Shown here: positions 19,593 to 29,091 of the stretch, one piece after another
Numbering within the stretch: position 1 is the stretch's first letter
Layout: the number at the start of each line of letters is the position of its first letter
From: a virus
Reading direction: 5' to 3' (one strand)
Length of the DNA: 64,000 nucleotides
Virus record (IMG/VR): IMGVR_UViG_3300014202_001519
Notes under the pieces: model-generated
Databases searched by the model: none
The model's input: only the letters and a program-made list of their open reading frames with translations
What the model was told of the DNA's origin: nothing
Program-made: the position numbers and the translations under genes

Positions 19593-20341
19593 TATATGTG
19601 TTTCCTTCTTTTACTTGCTGGACTACCAAAATACAGAGGGTCACTGGTGACAACTGACGTTGGCCACTGTGAAGGACTTATATCTCTTACACTCCCCGCA
19701 ACAGCAGCCGTACTTTCACCAAGTTCGTTATATGCCCAACGGCCTACTAATCCATTTACTATACCATCATGCCCTCTTGTATTATAAACAGTTAGGATTT
19801 CATTGGCACTTAACAACCTTTGGTAAACCCGCAAATCCCATATTTCGTTATTTGACTCACTATCTGGCCAAAGATTACCATGCGCAATATCCCAATTAGT
19901 ACCTGTGTGGGGCAATATAGCAGCACCAGCAAGAGAGAAGTTATTGGCTGCGGCATTATCTTGCACGCCGTTTAAATAACAATTCCAACTTCCTCTGAAT
20001 GTGCCCACATTGGTAGAAAGAAAAGTTCCTGTGAAGTGATAAACCGTGCTTAAAGATAGTGCAGTAGCACCTGATGCTCCGACAGCTACAGCATCAGTAT
20101 CGTGACAAAAAATAAGACGACGAGTACCACTTACTAAAGTATAACATAAAGTGGGAGAGCGATTAGTGCCAATAAATCTAGTAGTGAAGACGACGCCGCC
20201 ATTTGTGTTAGGAGCGGCAGCGAATGTTGTGGCGTTAAAAGCCAAAATACGGACCCATGCCATTATGGTCAAATCACCACTACCAAGGTCCATTGTCGGC
20301 GTGTTATCTAGTACATCTGATACTCCATCAAATCTTAGCAT
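19592..20341 (-). CDS. LamG/concanavalin A-like lectin domain protein
   Basis: LRFDG, LTIMAWV, YHFTGT, YLNGVQ, DLRVYQRLLSANEI, GLVGRW; GGAGG SD. Confidence 0.8.
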   Translation of the reverse strand: MLRFDGVSDVLDNTPTMDLGSGDLTIMAWVRILAFNATTFAAAPNTNGGVVFTTRFIGTNRSPTLCYTLVSGTRRLIFCHDTDAVAVGASGATALSLSTVYHFTGTFLSTNVGTFRGSWNCYLNGVQDNAAANNFSLAGAAILPHTGTNWDIAHGNLWPDSESNNEIWDLRVYQRLLSANEILTVYNTRGHDGIVNGLVGRWAYNELGESTAAVAGSVRDISPSQWPTSVVTSDPLYFGSPASKRRKHI

Positions 20342-20350
20342 TTACCTCCC

Positions 20351-20857
20351 TTAAAACTCAACCGATAGTTCAGCTAAGTGCCAGTCGCCAACCAATCCAG
20401 CCGCAACATCATCCCTTGTTAATTCAAATTGAACCAGGGTGCCAGGCGTAATGCTCAAAGTAGAAAGCTGGATTGTTTGAGTATCATATTGGAAAAACAC
20501 ATTAGTAGGAATGCTAATTGGCGTCAAAGCCAACCCTGCTGACCATGCTCCTACAGCAGCGTTATCAGGAATTGTTCTTACATATAAGTTTGTTTGAACT
20601 GTGCTGATGACGCCAGGAGCGGTTCTAGCTTTTGACTTAAATCCTAGTGTAATTCCACAAGCACAAGTCGGTATTGTTAATATGAACCCAACTCCTTCTT
20701 CGGCTGTGTCATCAAATGCCCTTACAGTAATAGCGGAATTAGTATTATCGGCGGTAGCTGGAGCCAAGGCATTTACAGCCCAATCCGCACTCACTGGATT
20801 ATCTAATTGATCGGCATAAAACAGAAATTTAGTTGGTTTTCCTTGTGTTAATCCCAT
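20351..20857 (-). CDS. putative structural protein
   Basis: Beta-rich, in structural operon. Confidence 0.6.
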   Translation of the reverse strand: MGLTQGKPTKFLFYADQLDNPVSADWAVNALAPATADNTNSAITVRAFDDTAEEGVGFILTIPTCACGITLGFKSKARTAPGVISTVQTNLYVRTIPDNAAVGAWSAGLALTPISIPTNVFFQYDTQTIQLSTLSITPGTLVQFELTRDDVAAGLVGDWHLAELSVEF

Positions 20858-20860
20858 TTA

Positions 20861-21211
20861 TTACCCTTCTTTTGCTACAAATTTAGCACCAGTTGTAGGA
20901 CCAATAATATTAATGCTATCTGTACTACTAAAAAATCCTTCCATTACGAAGTTACTTCCAGGGCATAATTTAATGGAAGGTTGATCTTGTACAGCAGCTA
21001 CGCCGAAATTAACCCACAAAACGTCCGTGGATATATTTTGCACAAAGAAATAACTTCTAGTAGCATTAGCAGGTGCTAAAGTCTGTGATGCACCACCAGT
21101 GGTGATTGTTCCTGACCTGTCAGCAACTGCCCCGCGAACAGGACTAATTGCCACAGGATCACCACCAGACCCTACAGGATTAATTACATATACATGTTGT
21201 ATTCGTTCCAT
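20861..21211 (-). CDS. putative structural protein
   Basis: ANATRSYFFVQN.S...LWVNFG pattern; TATATA upstream. Confidence 0.6.
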   Translation of the reverse strand: MERIQHVYVINPVGSGGDPVAISPVRGAVADRSGTITTGGASQTLAPANATRSYFFVQNISTDVLWVNFGVAAVQDQPSIKLCPGSNFVMEGFFSSTDSINIIGPTTGAKFVAKEG

Positions 21212-21244
21212 AACACAATTATATAGTAATCTTCCACTTGTTTT

Positions 21245-21460
21245 CTAACCAATTAGTGGGTTGCATTCGTGCCTTTCTAGCAATTCAACCCTCGCTAATA
21301 GTTCTTCAATCTTTTGGTCTGCTGTTAAAGCGTTCCAGCGGTCTTTTTCTTTAACCTTTGCGGCTGTATTGCCATTACAGTCGTCACAGTAACTTGAGCC
21401 GTGACAAGCGGAAGTCATAAACTCTTTACCACAACCCCAGCAGGGCATTAATAATGCCAT
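21245..21460 (-). CDS. small Zn-finger/coiled-coil protein
   Basis: CWGC...CDDC; AGGAG SD. Confidence 0.55.
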   Translation of the reverse strand: MALLMPCWGCGKEFMTSACHGSSYCDDCNGNTAAKVKEKDRWNALTADQKIEELLARVELLERHECNPLIG

Positions 21461-21482
21461 ATATAACTCCTATATAAAAATA

Positions 21483-22154
21483 ATGAATCCGTTTAATGTA
21501 GTGCAAATGTTCGAGGAAGAATTAGCTCGTTACACAGGAGCTAAGTATGCCGTCACAGTGTCAAGTTGTACTGATGCCTTATTTTTATCCTGCATCTATC
21601 ACAACGTCAAGGGGAAAGAAGTAACAATCCCCAAAAGAACCTACCTGTCCGTGCCACAATCTATCATTCATGCGGGCGGGATTATTAAATTTAATGATTA
21701 TGACTGGCAAACACACTTGTATAGCCGATATCAATTAAAGCCATTCCCTATATGGGATGCCGCCAAAGAGTTGCAACCAGGCATGTATCGACCATCACAC
21801 TCTATATGCCTATCCTTTCATATAAAGAAACCTTTAGGCATAGGCAAAGGTGGATGTATACTCACAGATGATTTAGAAATGGTAACGTGGCTTAAGAAGG
21901 CAAGATATGAAGGACGATCTGAAAAGTCTTATCATGAAGATGATATAACTTTTCTAGGATGGAATATGTATATGACTCCAGAACAAGCAGCTAGAGGATT
22001 GGTATTGTTGCAACAAATGCCAAAAAACGGTATCGTTCAATATGAACGATACCGAGACTTAACCGAGTTCACCGTCTTTAAGGACGTTGAAGTGTTAGTC
22101 TCCACCCCCGCCACAACCACCGCCACCACAAGAACTTCCACCCCCACAACTTGA
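21483..22154 (+). CDS. DegT/DnrJ/EryC1/StrS-family PLP aminotransferase (short form)
   Basis: FEEELARYTGAKYAV.VSSCTDAL, WDAA, SFHIKKPLGIGKGG. Confidence 0.85.
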   Translation: MNPFNVVQMFEEELARYTGAKYAVTVSSCTDALFLSCIYHNVKGKEVTIPKRTYLSVPQSIIHAGGIIKFNDYDWQTHLYSRYQLKPFPIWDAAKELQPGMYRPSHSICLSFHIKKPLGIGKGGCILTDDLEMVTWLKKARYEGRSEKSYHEDDITFLGWNMYMTPEQAARGLVLLQQMPKNGIVQYERYRDLTEFTVFKDVEVLVSTPATTTATTRTSTPTT

Positions 22155-22748
22155 ACCGCCACCACAAGAACTTCCACCGCTATCACTATGGCTACTATGA
22201 CTTCCACTGTCATGATGACTGCCGCTATCGTGATGATGGCTCCCACTGTCATGATGGGAAACATCTGCCGCTTTGTGACTTATGCTTTCGCCGCCGCCAC
22301 AGAAAACTGGCACAAAACTACTGGAAGAATCACTACTTGGTTGTGATTTAGCCTTTTCGCTATAAGTTTCCTTATACATTTCCTTTGTCTTGCTGTAGGC
22401 TTTTACCTGCCCTGCACTTCCTTTAGGCAGGTTCGGGTTGTGATGGAACATTTTGCCAAAGATGGCCATGCAGTCCTTCTCATATCTGGCGGTATCCAAG
22501 ATATGTTCGTGCCACAGGTCATCCAAATCTTGTGTCCACGGCACAATTACTTCCGTTGGGTTGACCACCGCCAAGTAGAGAAACTGCTTATATTCAGTCT
22601 CAATCTTGTCTACGTCATTCTTCCAACGCCACCAAACACCCTTCTTAGCCTTGAACTTTTCCTTAACCCCTGTCAGGTCCAGAGCTTGGATCAAATCCCA
22701 CTTAGCCTTTTCCTGCGCCTTCAACTCTTCTGATTTTTCATTACTCAT
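22095..22748 (-). CDS. glycine-rich-domain (GRDP/DUF1399-like) protein with His-rich and Gly/Ser/Cys tail
   Basis: EYKQFLYL, VP...LDDLWHEHILDT..Y..DC...FG..FHHNP; tail SCGGGSSCGGGSSCGGGGCGGGGD. Confidence 0.8.
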   Translation of the reverse strand: MSNEKSEELKAQEKAKWDLIQALDLTGVKEKFKAKKGVWWRWKNDVDKIETEYKQFLYLAVVNPTEVIVPWTQDLDDLWHEHILDTARYEKDCMAIFGKMFHHNPNLPKGSAGQVKAYSKTKEMYKETYSEKAKSQPSSDSSSSFVPVFCGGGESISHKAADVSHHDSGSHHHDSGSHHDSGSHSSHSDSGGSSCGGGSSCGGGSSCGGGGCGGGGD

Positions 22749-22866
22749 ATTATTTTTCCTTTTACAACATCTGCTACTACGACACTTTCCGATATTAAGA
22801 ATCACAAGATTCTCGTTCTCGGTAGAGTCGTGTTACCGTAGCTCCGTATCACAACTCTCTACTATA

Positions 22867-22894
22867 ATCATAGTCTCGATTAACAAATTGTCAA
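22867..22894 (-). promoter_or_regulatory. sigma70-type promoter TTGACA-N16-TATGAT
   Basis: Near-consensus hexamers. Confidence 0.7.
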
Positions 22895-22927
22895 GTTCAA
22901 GTTACGGTTTTCACATGTTCTTCATTA

Positions 22928-23365
22928 TTAACTGGCATCACACTTAGGACAGGCACATCGCCAATTTTCTTTTGTGTGATGGAACTCAAAGATGTGCTTG
23001 CATTTATAGCATTCACACTTTAACGTGAAAGTCTCTTTGTGTTTATTATTCTCATCATATGGACTTCCTTCCAAGACCGTGTGACCGCTATACATTGAAA
23101 GTCCTTGAGCTTTCAGGGCTTCCATTTTCTGAAAGAACCCAGCCATTGCTTGACCATATGAGCTTCTAACTGGAATTTTAAAATCCTTTTCTTTTCCGCA
23201 AGCCTCGCACTTGGTCATAATCAGGTCAATCATTGCCTTATCATCTTCGGAATAGCACAATGCCTGACCATTAGGCTGAAATGCACCGCCACACTCACAA
23301 GGTACGCCCTTGATGTATGAGTATTCCTTGCGGACACTTTCCTTGATCTTATTCCAATCTGTCAT
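22928..23365 (-). CDS. multi-Zn-ribbon hypothetical protein
   Basis: CECG, CEAC, CYKC, CPKC. Confidence 0.65.
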   Translation of the reverse strand: MTDWNKIKESVRKEYSYIKGVPCECGGAFQPNGQALCYSEDDKAMIDLIMTKCEACGKEKDFKIPVRSSYGQAMAGFFQKMEALKAQGLSMYSGHTVLEGSPYDENNKHKETFTLKCECYKCKHIFEFHHTKENWRCACPKCDAS

Positions 23366-23405
23366 AACTTATTCCAATCTGTCATAACTTATTCCAATCT
23401 GTCAT
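23348..23405. repeat. 20-bp tandem repeat (CTTATTCCAATCTGTCATAA) x2.9
   Basis: Units 23348-23367, 23368-23387, 23388-23405. Confidence 0.95.
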
Positions 23406-25081
23406 GGCTTTTTCATAGTCATAGAATAGATGGCATTTTCTTTAGTAAACATGACCGCCGCCCCCTTATGATACAGCAACATGTCCTGATTAATAACATC
23501 ATCCGTCACAACCTTGGCGTTTTTCAATTTGCTGAAGATTTCAATGTTTTCGTCTTCATCAATGTGAACGCACATGCCGTTGTCAAGAACGGTAAAGTTC
23601 AAGCCCGTATAAGTGACATTCTTCTTCTCTGCTACTTCATAAGTCTTGAAATCGTCCTTGAAGGCAAACGTGAACCTGTTGTAGTGGCCTTTCTTATCAA
23701 CCGCCACAACCATCATGATCTTGTTGTCATATTTGGCGTCAATCACACGCAGACCATCCAATTCCCTGAGCGCAACCTGTTGGCACCGCTTGCTTTCTGG
23801 AAAAATGGATGCATAATAAGCGTCGAATAGATTCTGGACAATTACGCCGCTAAAGAAGCGGGTGCTTTGTTCTAGGACATTGGCCACGATATGTGGCGAA
23901 GCCAGAATCCTATTGCCCATTTCCGTAAACTGAATTTCGATGATATTCATGCCGTTCTGGACATATAGACGGCCATTATACTCCATCATCTTGCTGCCAG
24001 AGCATGTAAACGGAATGTCTTTATCGTTAATCACATCCTTGAGCTTAACGTCACCGTTGTCAATCCAGGCAGCAATAGGCTGATTAGCCTTTGTGAACCC
24101 AACATTGATTTTGTCATAGGGCTTATTATAATCTCGCTTATCCACGAAGACGTTCTTGGAAGTCACAAATACTTCACGGCCAGACGAGTAATAATAGCCC
24201 ATGATTGGGTGCGGGAACTCATGTAGCTTGTCAATAGCCAAGCTCTTACCTCCCACAACCTTGACTGTAGGTACGATTACGACATGCACAACTGCATTCA
24301 GGTCGCTAGGCGGCGGCACACGTTCGCCCTTATCAAAGATTGCTTTATACCACTGTAAATACGCATCAGGTATCACAGTGAATGGCTGACATGCAGCCGT
24401 TGGATAACCAACAGCCTTATCGAACACAGAAATATTGTTCTGCATTCTAGCATCCAAGTCTGTATACTTTGGATGCCTGCCCTTATAAGGGTGGATGCCA
24501 ATAAACAACTGGAACGTAATAATGCCGAACGAGAACCAGTCTGTGAGTTTATTGAATTTGGTGTTATGTCGATCCCGAATGCTATCCATGATAGCCATTG
24601 CAGGATAGTGTGGCGTCTGATAGCTGTTTACGTCGATAAAGAACACGTCCTTGAACTTATCATCGACTAGGAAGTTAAATTCGTTCATATCCACAATCAA
24701 AATATCGTGGCTATGGACGTGTTGGACCGTCTTCTGCATCTGCTTCACAAGATCAAGCATAGTTTCTGGCTTGATATTGTTTCTGAGACGGAAAGCCTTT
24801 GTGAAAAGCTGGCATAGTGTATAAGTATCCTTGAAATACTTCATGCTATAGCCAACATCCACATTCCGATCATTAACCAGGATTTGTTCTGGTTTAACGA
24901 TATGGGAATCCGTCAGTACCGATAGTTCTGTGAACTTGCCTTCGGGAATCATTTTCCCAGGCTCACAGATTTTATATACGGTATCACCTTTAACGTAAAT
25001 TTTACCCTCGCCGCCTTGAGCAAGGAAATCGCCGTTATTAAGTTCGATTGGCTTATTTTTGCCCTTAATGAAGACTTTCAT
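23402..25081 (-). CDS. Ser/Thr protein kinase (TerY-P-associated type)
   Basis: AQGGEGKIY, VYKI, HSHDILIVDMNEFNFLV, FIDVNSY, DWFSFGI, GIHPYKG. Confidence 0.85.
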   Translation of the reverse strand: MKVFIKGKNKPIELNNGDFLAQGGEGKIYVKGDTVYKICEPGKMIPEGKFTELSVLTDSHIVKPEQILVNDRNVDVGYSMKYFKDTYTLCQLFTKAFRLRNNIKPETMLDLVKQMQKTVQHVHSHDILIVDMNEFNFLVDDKFKDVFFIDVNSYQTPHYPAMAIMDSIRDRHNTKFNKLTDWFSFGIITFQLFIGIHPYKGRHPKYTDLDARMQNNISVFDKAVGYPTAACQPFTVIPDAYLQWYKAIFDKGERVPPPSDLNAVVHVVIVPTVKVVGGKSLAIDKLHEFPHPIMGYYYSSGREVFVTSKNVFVDKRDYNKPYDKINVGFTKANQPIAAWIDNGDVKLKDVINDKDIPFTCSGSKMMEYNGRLYVQNGMNIIEIQFTEMGNRILASPHIVANVLEQSTRFFSGVIVQNLFDAYYASIFPESKRCQQVALRELDGLRVIDAKYDNKIMMVVAVDKKGHYNRFTFAFKDDFKTYEVAEKKNVTYTGLNFTVLDNGMCVHIDEDENIEIFSKLKNAKVVTDDVINQDMLLYHKGAAVMFTKENAIYSMTMKKP

Positions 25082-25113
25082 AAAAATTCTCGTTTTGTTC
25101 CTATTGATAATAC

Positions 25114-25683
25114 ATGAAACTAACGGAATTGTTAAGTGTTGTCGAAGGCCAAATCATGGTAACAGGCCCACAACGATCAGGCACCACCATAGCCGCATTA
25201 ATTCTTGCTCAAGAATTAGGGTATCCGTGTTATCTTGAAGAACACTATGGTATACATGACCTTAAAAGATTCTTTGGCATTTATTCCGCTACGAAATTCG
25301 TTGTTCAGGCTCCAGCCTTATCTGCATATGCTAATTTAATTCCTGGCTCCGTAGTTTTTATGATGCGTCCTATCAATGAGATTGTCCGCTCGCAAAGACG
25401 AATCGGTTGGGGAGAAGAGAACATAGAAAAAGCCAAATACTTTTCAGACAATCTTTTACCCATCGCCGCCTTTAAATACAAAATGTGGGACCAATATCAA
25501 AAGCACCTTCCCAACAGGTTTGAACTTGAATATCATTCACTTGAAGGTCATCCATTGTGGGTTGATGAAACTTTAAGAGTTAACTTCCAGGTTCGACAAA
25601 CCCATTGCACTGCATCGGATATTCCATTGCCACCCATGCCTTCAGAGCCATTGCCAAAACCCATTGTAAGAGGACGAATTTAA
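25114..25683 (+). CDS. sulfotransferase-like P-loop protein
   Basis: VTGPQRSGTT (PAPS-binding-like), FMMRP..EI..S. Confidence 0.6.
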   Translation: MKLTELLSVVEGQIMVTGPQRSGTTIAALILAQELGYPCYLEEHYGIHDLKRFFGIYSATKFVVQAPALSAYANLIPGSVVFMMRPINEIVRSQRRIGWGEENIEKAKYFSDNLLPIAAFKYKMWDQYQKHLPNRFELEYHSLEGHPLWVDETLRVNFQVRQTHCTASDIPLPPMPSEPLPKPIVRGRI

Positions 25684-26339
25684 CCTATGTAGCTGAAGTA
25701 TGTATTCCCCCATCTGTTTTCAAATGTCTTTGGGGAACTAGGCTCAATAACATTTACCTTAATCGCCAGTTTGTTCAAAACATACATCAAGGCTACTTGA
25801 TCCCTGGACGAAAACCTACAGTATTCAGACCACCAATAGTTATTAACCATTTCTGTTATGGCGTTGTGTCGTCTTACGAATACGCCAGCCTCACAAAGCC
25901 CTTGGACTTCAGGATATCCACTAGCCCTATAGATAGCACCTTGTTCTTCAAGTGCTGCAATCTCGCCTTCTTTGTTTATGCTCTTGCAAATATCTATAGC
26001 CTTGTAAATGCAGTCCCTTTCTGGATGCCTGAACATGGCTATATCGTGGTGTTTTAACCACTCATCTACTACTTGCTCCGCTGGAACATTCATCCTTACA
26101 CTACTGTCCATCCAAATTGAATATTCAGATGATATAAACTGGTGTATCAGAATCTTATGAATGCGAGAGTTTCTACGCGGTGACTTAAACCTATTGTAAG
26201 CTGGTCGATGAGTCCAAGGTTTTGACTCAACCGCACAATCCGTGAATGCAACAAAGCTAACATCTGGATTGATGTTTTCATGTTCTATTAGTTGTTTAGA
26301 GCCACCAGTGAACGCTGTTACTACTGATATTTTAGACAT
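25680..26339 (-). CDS. DUF616 (TOD1/MUCI70-like) glycosyltransferase
   Basis: VVTAFTGG, FTD, RIHKIL.H, SIWMD, FRHPERDCIY, SRDQ. Confidence 0.8.
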   Translation of the reverse strand: MSKISVVTAFTGGSKQLIEHENINPDVSFVAFTDCAVESKPWTHRPAYNRFKSPRRNSRIHKILIHQFISSEYSIWMDSSVRMNVPAEQVVDEWLKHHDIAMFRHPERDCIYKAIDICKSINKEGEIAALEEQGAIYRASGYPEVQGLCEAGVFVRRHNAITEMVNNYWWSEYCRFSSRDQVALMYVLNKLAIKVNVIEPSSPKTFENRWGNTYFSYIG

Positions 26340-27150
26340 GCAACACACCCAACGAGAAATCGTCCGTATGCTTGATACCCTGTGCTGTATAGTCTCTTAG
26401 AAACTTCTGACAGCGGCGATGTGCAAACTGCCCTTCAACGGTTTTGAAGTTGAATAGGTCTTTTACCACTTGACGGTCATGCACACCCTTATTCGTGATG
26501 GAAGTGCCGCCCTTTACCTGTTGCACAAAGGATTTCAAGCCATCGGAGGAGATTCCAACAAGATCATATTCATCCGTTGAGAATGCATATTCGATTGGTT
26601 TGAAGTTATAGGCTCTGACTATGCAGGTAAATTCGTCATGGGTAATAACTTCCCCATTCTCAAGAACGGTAGTTTCGACAATCATCTTACCGTGGCCAAA
26701 GTGGGCAAGATAACCTTCCTTGAGTTCGTTGCTAAGAGTGTAATAAGGATACCAAGGTGCGCCAGTATCAAACATATGGGAAATTATTTTCAGCTTGCCG
26801 TCTTTGCTTCTAGCCACAATGTAGCCGTCACCAACGATGAAGGCGTTGATGATGCCTTTATTAACATAAGCACCAAGGAGGGTTGCACAGAGACAATCGG
26901 GATGCAACTCTAGCTTATCAACATAGCTTTTGGCACCCTGTACAACATTGTCAATAAACTTGGGAATGTACTCAGGCTTAGTCAGCTTGAGGATGTTGTA
27001 GGCAGATTTGGTCAGGAAACGAGCGCCCCAATCGGAGTCCTTAGCACCTGAACAGCCGTCAGAAAGGACAACAAAATCGCCATCAGCAATCGCATGGTCC
27101 TGGCAGACCTGATGGGTCGATCCGATGGCAAAATAGCTATCAGCGCTCAT
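26332..27150 (-). CDS. PP2C-like protein phosphatase (PP2C_2)
   Basis: GSTH.VCQD, LSDGCSG, ATLL, VGDG, SSDGL, DDFS. Confidence 0.85.
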   Translation of the reverse strand: MSADSYFAIGSTHQVCQDHAIADGDFVVLSDGCSGAKDSDWGARFLTKSAYNILKLTKPEYIPKFIDNVVQGAKSYVDKLELHPDCLCATLLGAYVNKGIINAFIVGDGYIVARSKDGKLKIISHMFDTGAPWYPYYTLSNELKEGYLAHFGHGKMIVETTVLENGEVITHDEFTCIVRAYNFKPIEYAFSTDEYDLVGISSDGLKSFVQQVKGGTSITNKGVHDRQVVKDLFNFKTVEGQFAHRRCQKFLRDYTAQGIKHTDDFSLGVLHV

Positions 27151-27454
27151 TTTTGGCTTTCTTTTTCTTTGGTGTTTCAGGCTTCACTTTTTCTAAAGTG
27201 TCGGGTTTATGCCAATTAGCAACTTCTATGACTGCACCGCCTAGCTCACCCATAGGATGTGGCGGCTTGTATTTAACAAGTGTTTGTAAAGCGGGCGTCA
27301 GCATATTCACTGGTGAACCGCCCATGACTACTGTTTCACCCCTTAGTGAAACAAGGTCCAGTGGTTCATCGGTTATAAGCACAATGCCGATAAGGTACTT
27401 ATAACCTTGTTCTATTTTGTCATGTCCGAATATTACGCCTTTAACAGCTTCCAT
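27140..27454 (-). CDS. hypothetical protein
   Basis: Coupled ORF. Confidence 0.55.
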   Translation of the reverse strand: MEAVKGVIFGHDKIEQGYKYLIGIVLITDEPLDLVSLRGETVVMGGSPVNMLTPALQTLVKYKPPHPMGELGGAVIEVANWHKPDTLEKVKPETPKKKKAKNER

Positions 27455-27960
27455 TATTTGATCCCCAATGCTTTTCTTTCTTCTTTACTCAGCTTGGAAG
27501 CAGCCTGTGTAATTAAAGTCTTTTTTTCTTGCTCCCGCTTCTGTTTGTTTTCTTTGTCTTTAGCTTTTTTCTGTTCTTCTTTTTCTTTATAGGCTTTTAT
27601 ACCATTTGTAAATTCTTCTTCAAAATCTTCATAGAGCCAACGGGTGGGAACACCGTCTGACAATCCCCACTCATCACCGTCTCTATCAAGGAAGATTATC
27701 TCTCGTTTAATATTCCATTCGGCACGAATGGAAAGTGTATCCTTGTCATAAGACTCCATGAAATCGCCGCTGGACTGGTCTTCATAATCACCGTCGCTGT
27801 TCCAGTCCCACCAGTCTAATTTACCACCAGCAAGTTCAAGACACCGCCGAATGATGTAATTCATTCGGGCGGTGATGTTTACCATCGCAGCAGCATAGAG
27901 TTTATGCGCGTCAATGGCTGCGGTAATATCAGACTCAGCGATTTTTTCAATCTTATCCAT
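27454..27960 (-). CDS. hypothetical protein
   Basis: C-terminal KLSKEERKALG coiled-coil tail. Confidence 0.65.
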   Translation of the reverse strand: MDKIEKIAESDITAAIDAHKLYAAAMVNITARMNYIIRRCLELAGGKLDWWDWNSDGDYEDQSSGDFMESYDKDTLSIRAEWNIKREIIFLDRDGDEWGLSDGVPTRWLYEDFEEEFTNGIKAYKEKEEQKKAKDKENKQKREQEKKTLITQAASKLSKEERKALGIK

Positions 27961-27983
27961 TTAATAAGTCTTTATACTTGTAG

Positions 27984-28301
27984 ATGTTTAGCAGGATGCT
28001 ATCATGGTTTTTTGGGAAGGAACCCGAACCTAAAAAGAATCGTCCAACAGATGCTGAAATACACCAAATGGTTATTGCAGCATTTCATTCCGTTGCCCAA
28101 AAACATATCAATACCATTCCATCCCACTACACCTTAATTGATATAACAAATGACATAATGAAGACGCTCATGAGTAATAACCCTCATGTTATGAGCAAGG
28201 GTGATTTAGTCAAAACGACTAAATTATGCCGTAAGTATGCTGAGCAAGTTATACGCGGCAAATTAATTCAAATTCTAATTGCTTTGTTCCTAATACTATA
28301 A
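27984..28301 (+). CDS. hypothetical protein
   Basis: Only sizeable ORF in the gap; ends at shared terminator. Confidence 0.55.
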   Translation: MFSRMLSWFFGKEPEPKKNRPTDAEIHQMVIAAFHSVAQKHINTIPSHYTLIDITNDIMKTLMSNNPHVMSKGDLVKTTKLCRKYAEQVIRGKLIQILIALFLIL

Positions 28302-28345
28302 AACAATCCCTTAGCAGTGGTTGGCTACACTGCTAAGGGATTGTT
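28302..28345. terminator. long hairpin between convergent genes
   Basis: 18-bp perfect inverted repeat AACAATCCCTTAGCAGTG / CACTGCTAAGGGATTGTT. Confidence 0.8.
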
Positions 28346-28347
28346 AT

Positions 28348-29091
28348 TTAGAACGTCAAGGATGCCGAAGGACCACCAGTACCTAGCGCCTGGCTCTGGC
28401 TGGAAATGCTCTTGGAAACGAATGCTGCCAGCTTTGCAAGCGTCTTTTCCGAAGCATCCTTCAATTCCACAAACTGTGTAAATTCCGCCGTCTTGTGGAA
28501 CTTCTCAAGGAAGTCCTTGATACGGGGATCGGTGATATTAACACCGATCAACACCGACACCAAGCTTTCCAAGGTTTCGCTGCTGACACACTTTGCCAAT
28601 GCTTCCTTAACCTGGATGGCATTGAACTTGCTAGCGTTATCGTCGCCGTCCGTGAGAACGAAGACGCACGCATTGCATAGAAATTCATTGTCAGCAAGCT
28701 GCTTAGCATAGTCCTTTGTTGCTTCGATAGCATCACACGCCGAATCGAATAGCGCCGTCGAACCACCAGAGCCATAGCAGCCAATGTAATCGTCAGGATT
28801 ACAAGACTGGAGCAGCTTGAAACCGTGAATCTCACGGTAGTTAGTGCCGAATGCTACAAGGCGTAGCATCAGGTTATCGCAGCGTGGCGAATAACGACAC
28901 GCTTTGACGATTTCAGAGATACATTTCTCCATATCGCTTGCGAATCCAGCCGTAGAGCCAGATTCATCAAGAACGATGGTGCATAGTGTGTATTCCGTAG
29001 CACCAGTTAGATCACCCAGGCGGGTGCCTGTATAACCAAAGTGGGTGCCAGGAACTTTCCGACTTTCCATCACTTCATCAAATCGCGGCAT
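28348..29091 (-). CDS. vWA domain protein (TerY-like)
   Basis: MIDAS DESGST, GGSTALFD, VLTDGDDN; start trimmed to MPRFDE (AAGGAG SD). Confidence 0.85.
   Translation of the reverse strand: MPRFDEVMESRKVPGTHFGYTGTRLGDLTGATEYTLCTIVLDESGSTAGFASDMEKCISEIVKACRYSPRCDNLMLRLVAFGTNYREIHGFKLLQSCNPDDYIGCYGSGGSTALFDSACDAIEATKDYAKQLADNEFLCNACVFVLTDGDDNASKFNAIQVKEALAKCVSSETLESLVSVLIGVNITDPRIKDFLEKFHKTAEFTQFVELKDASEKTLAKLAAFVSKSISSQSQALGTGGPSASLTF

Noticed and set aside
23348-23405. Possible CRISPR array
   Set aside because: Repeats are directly adjacent with no spacers; no cas genes in the window.
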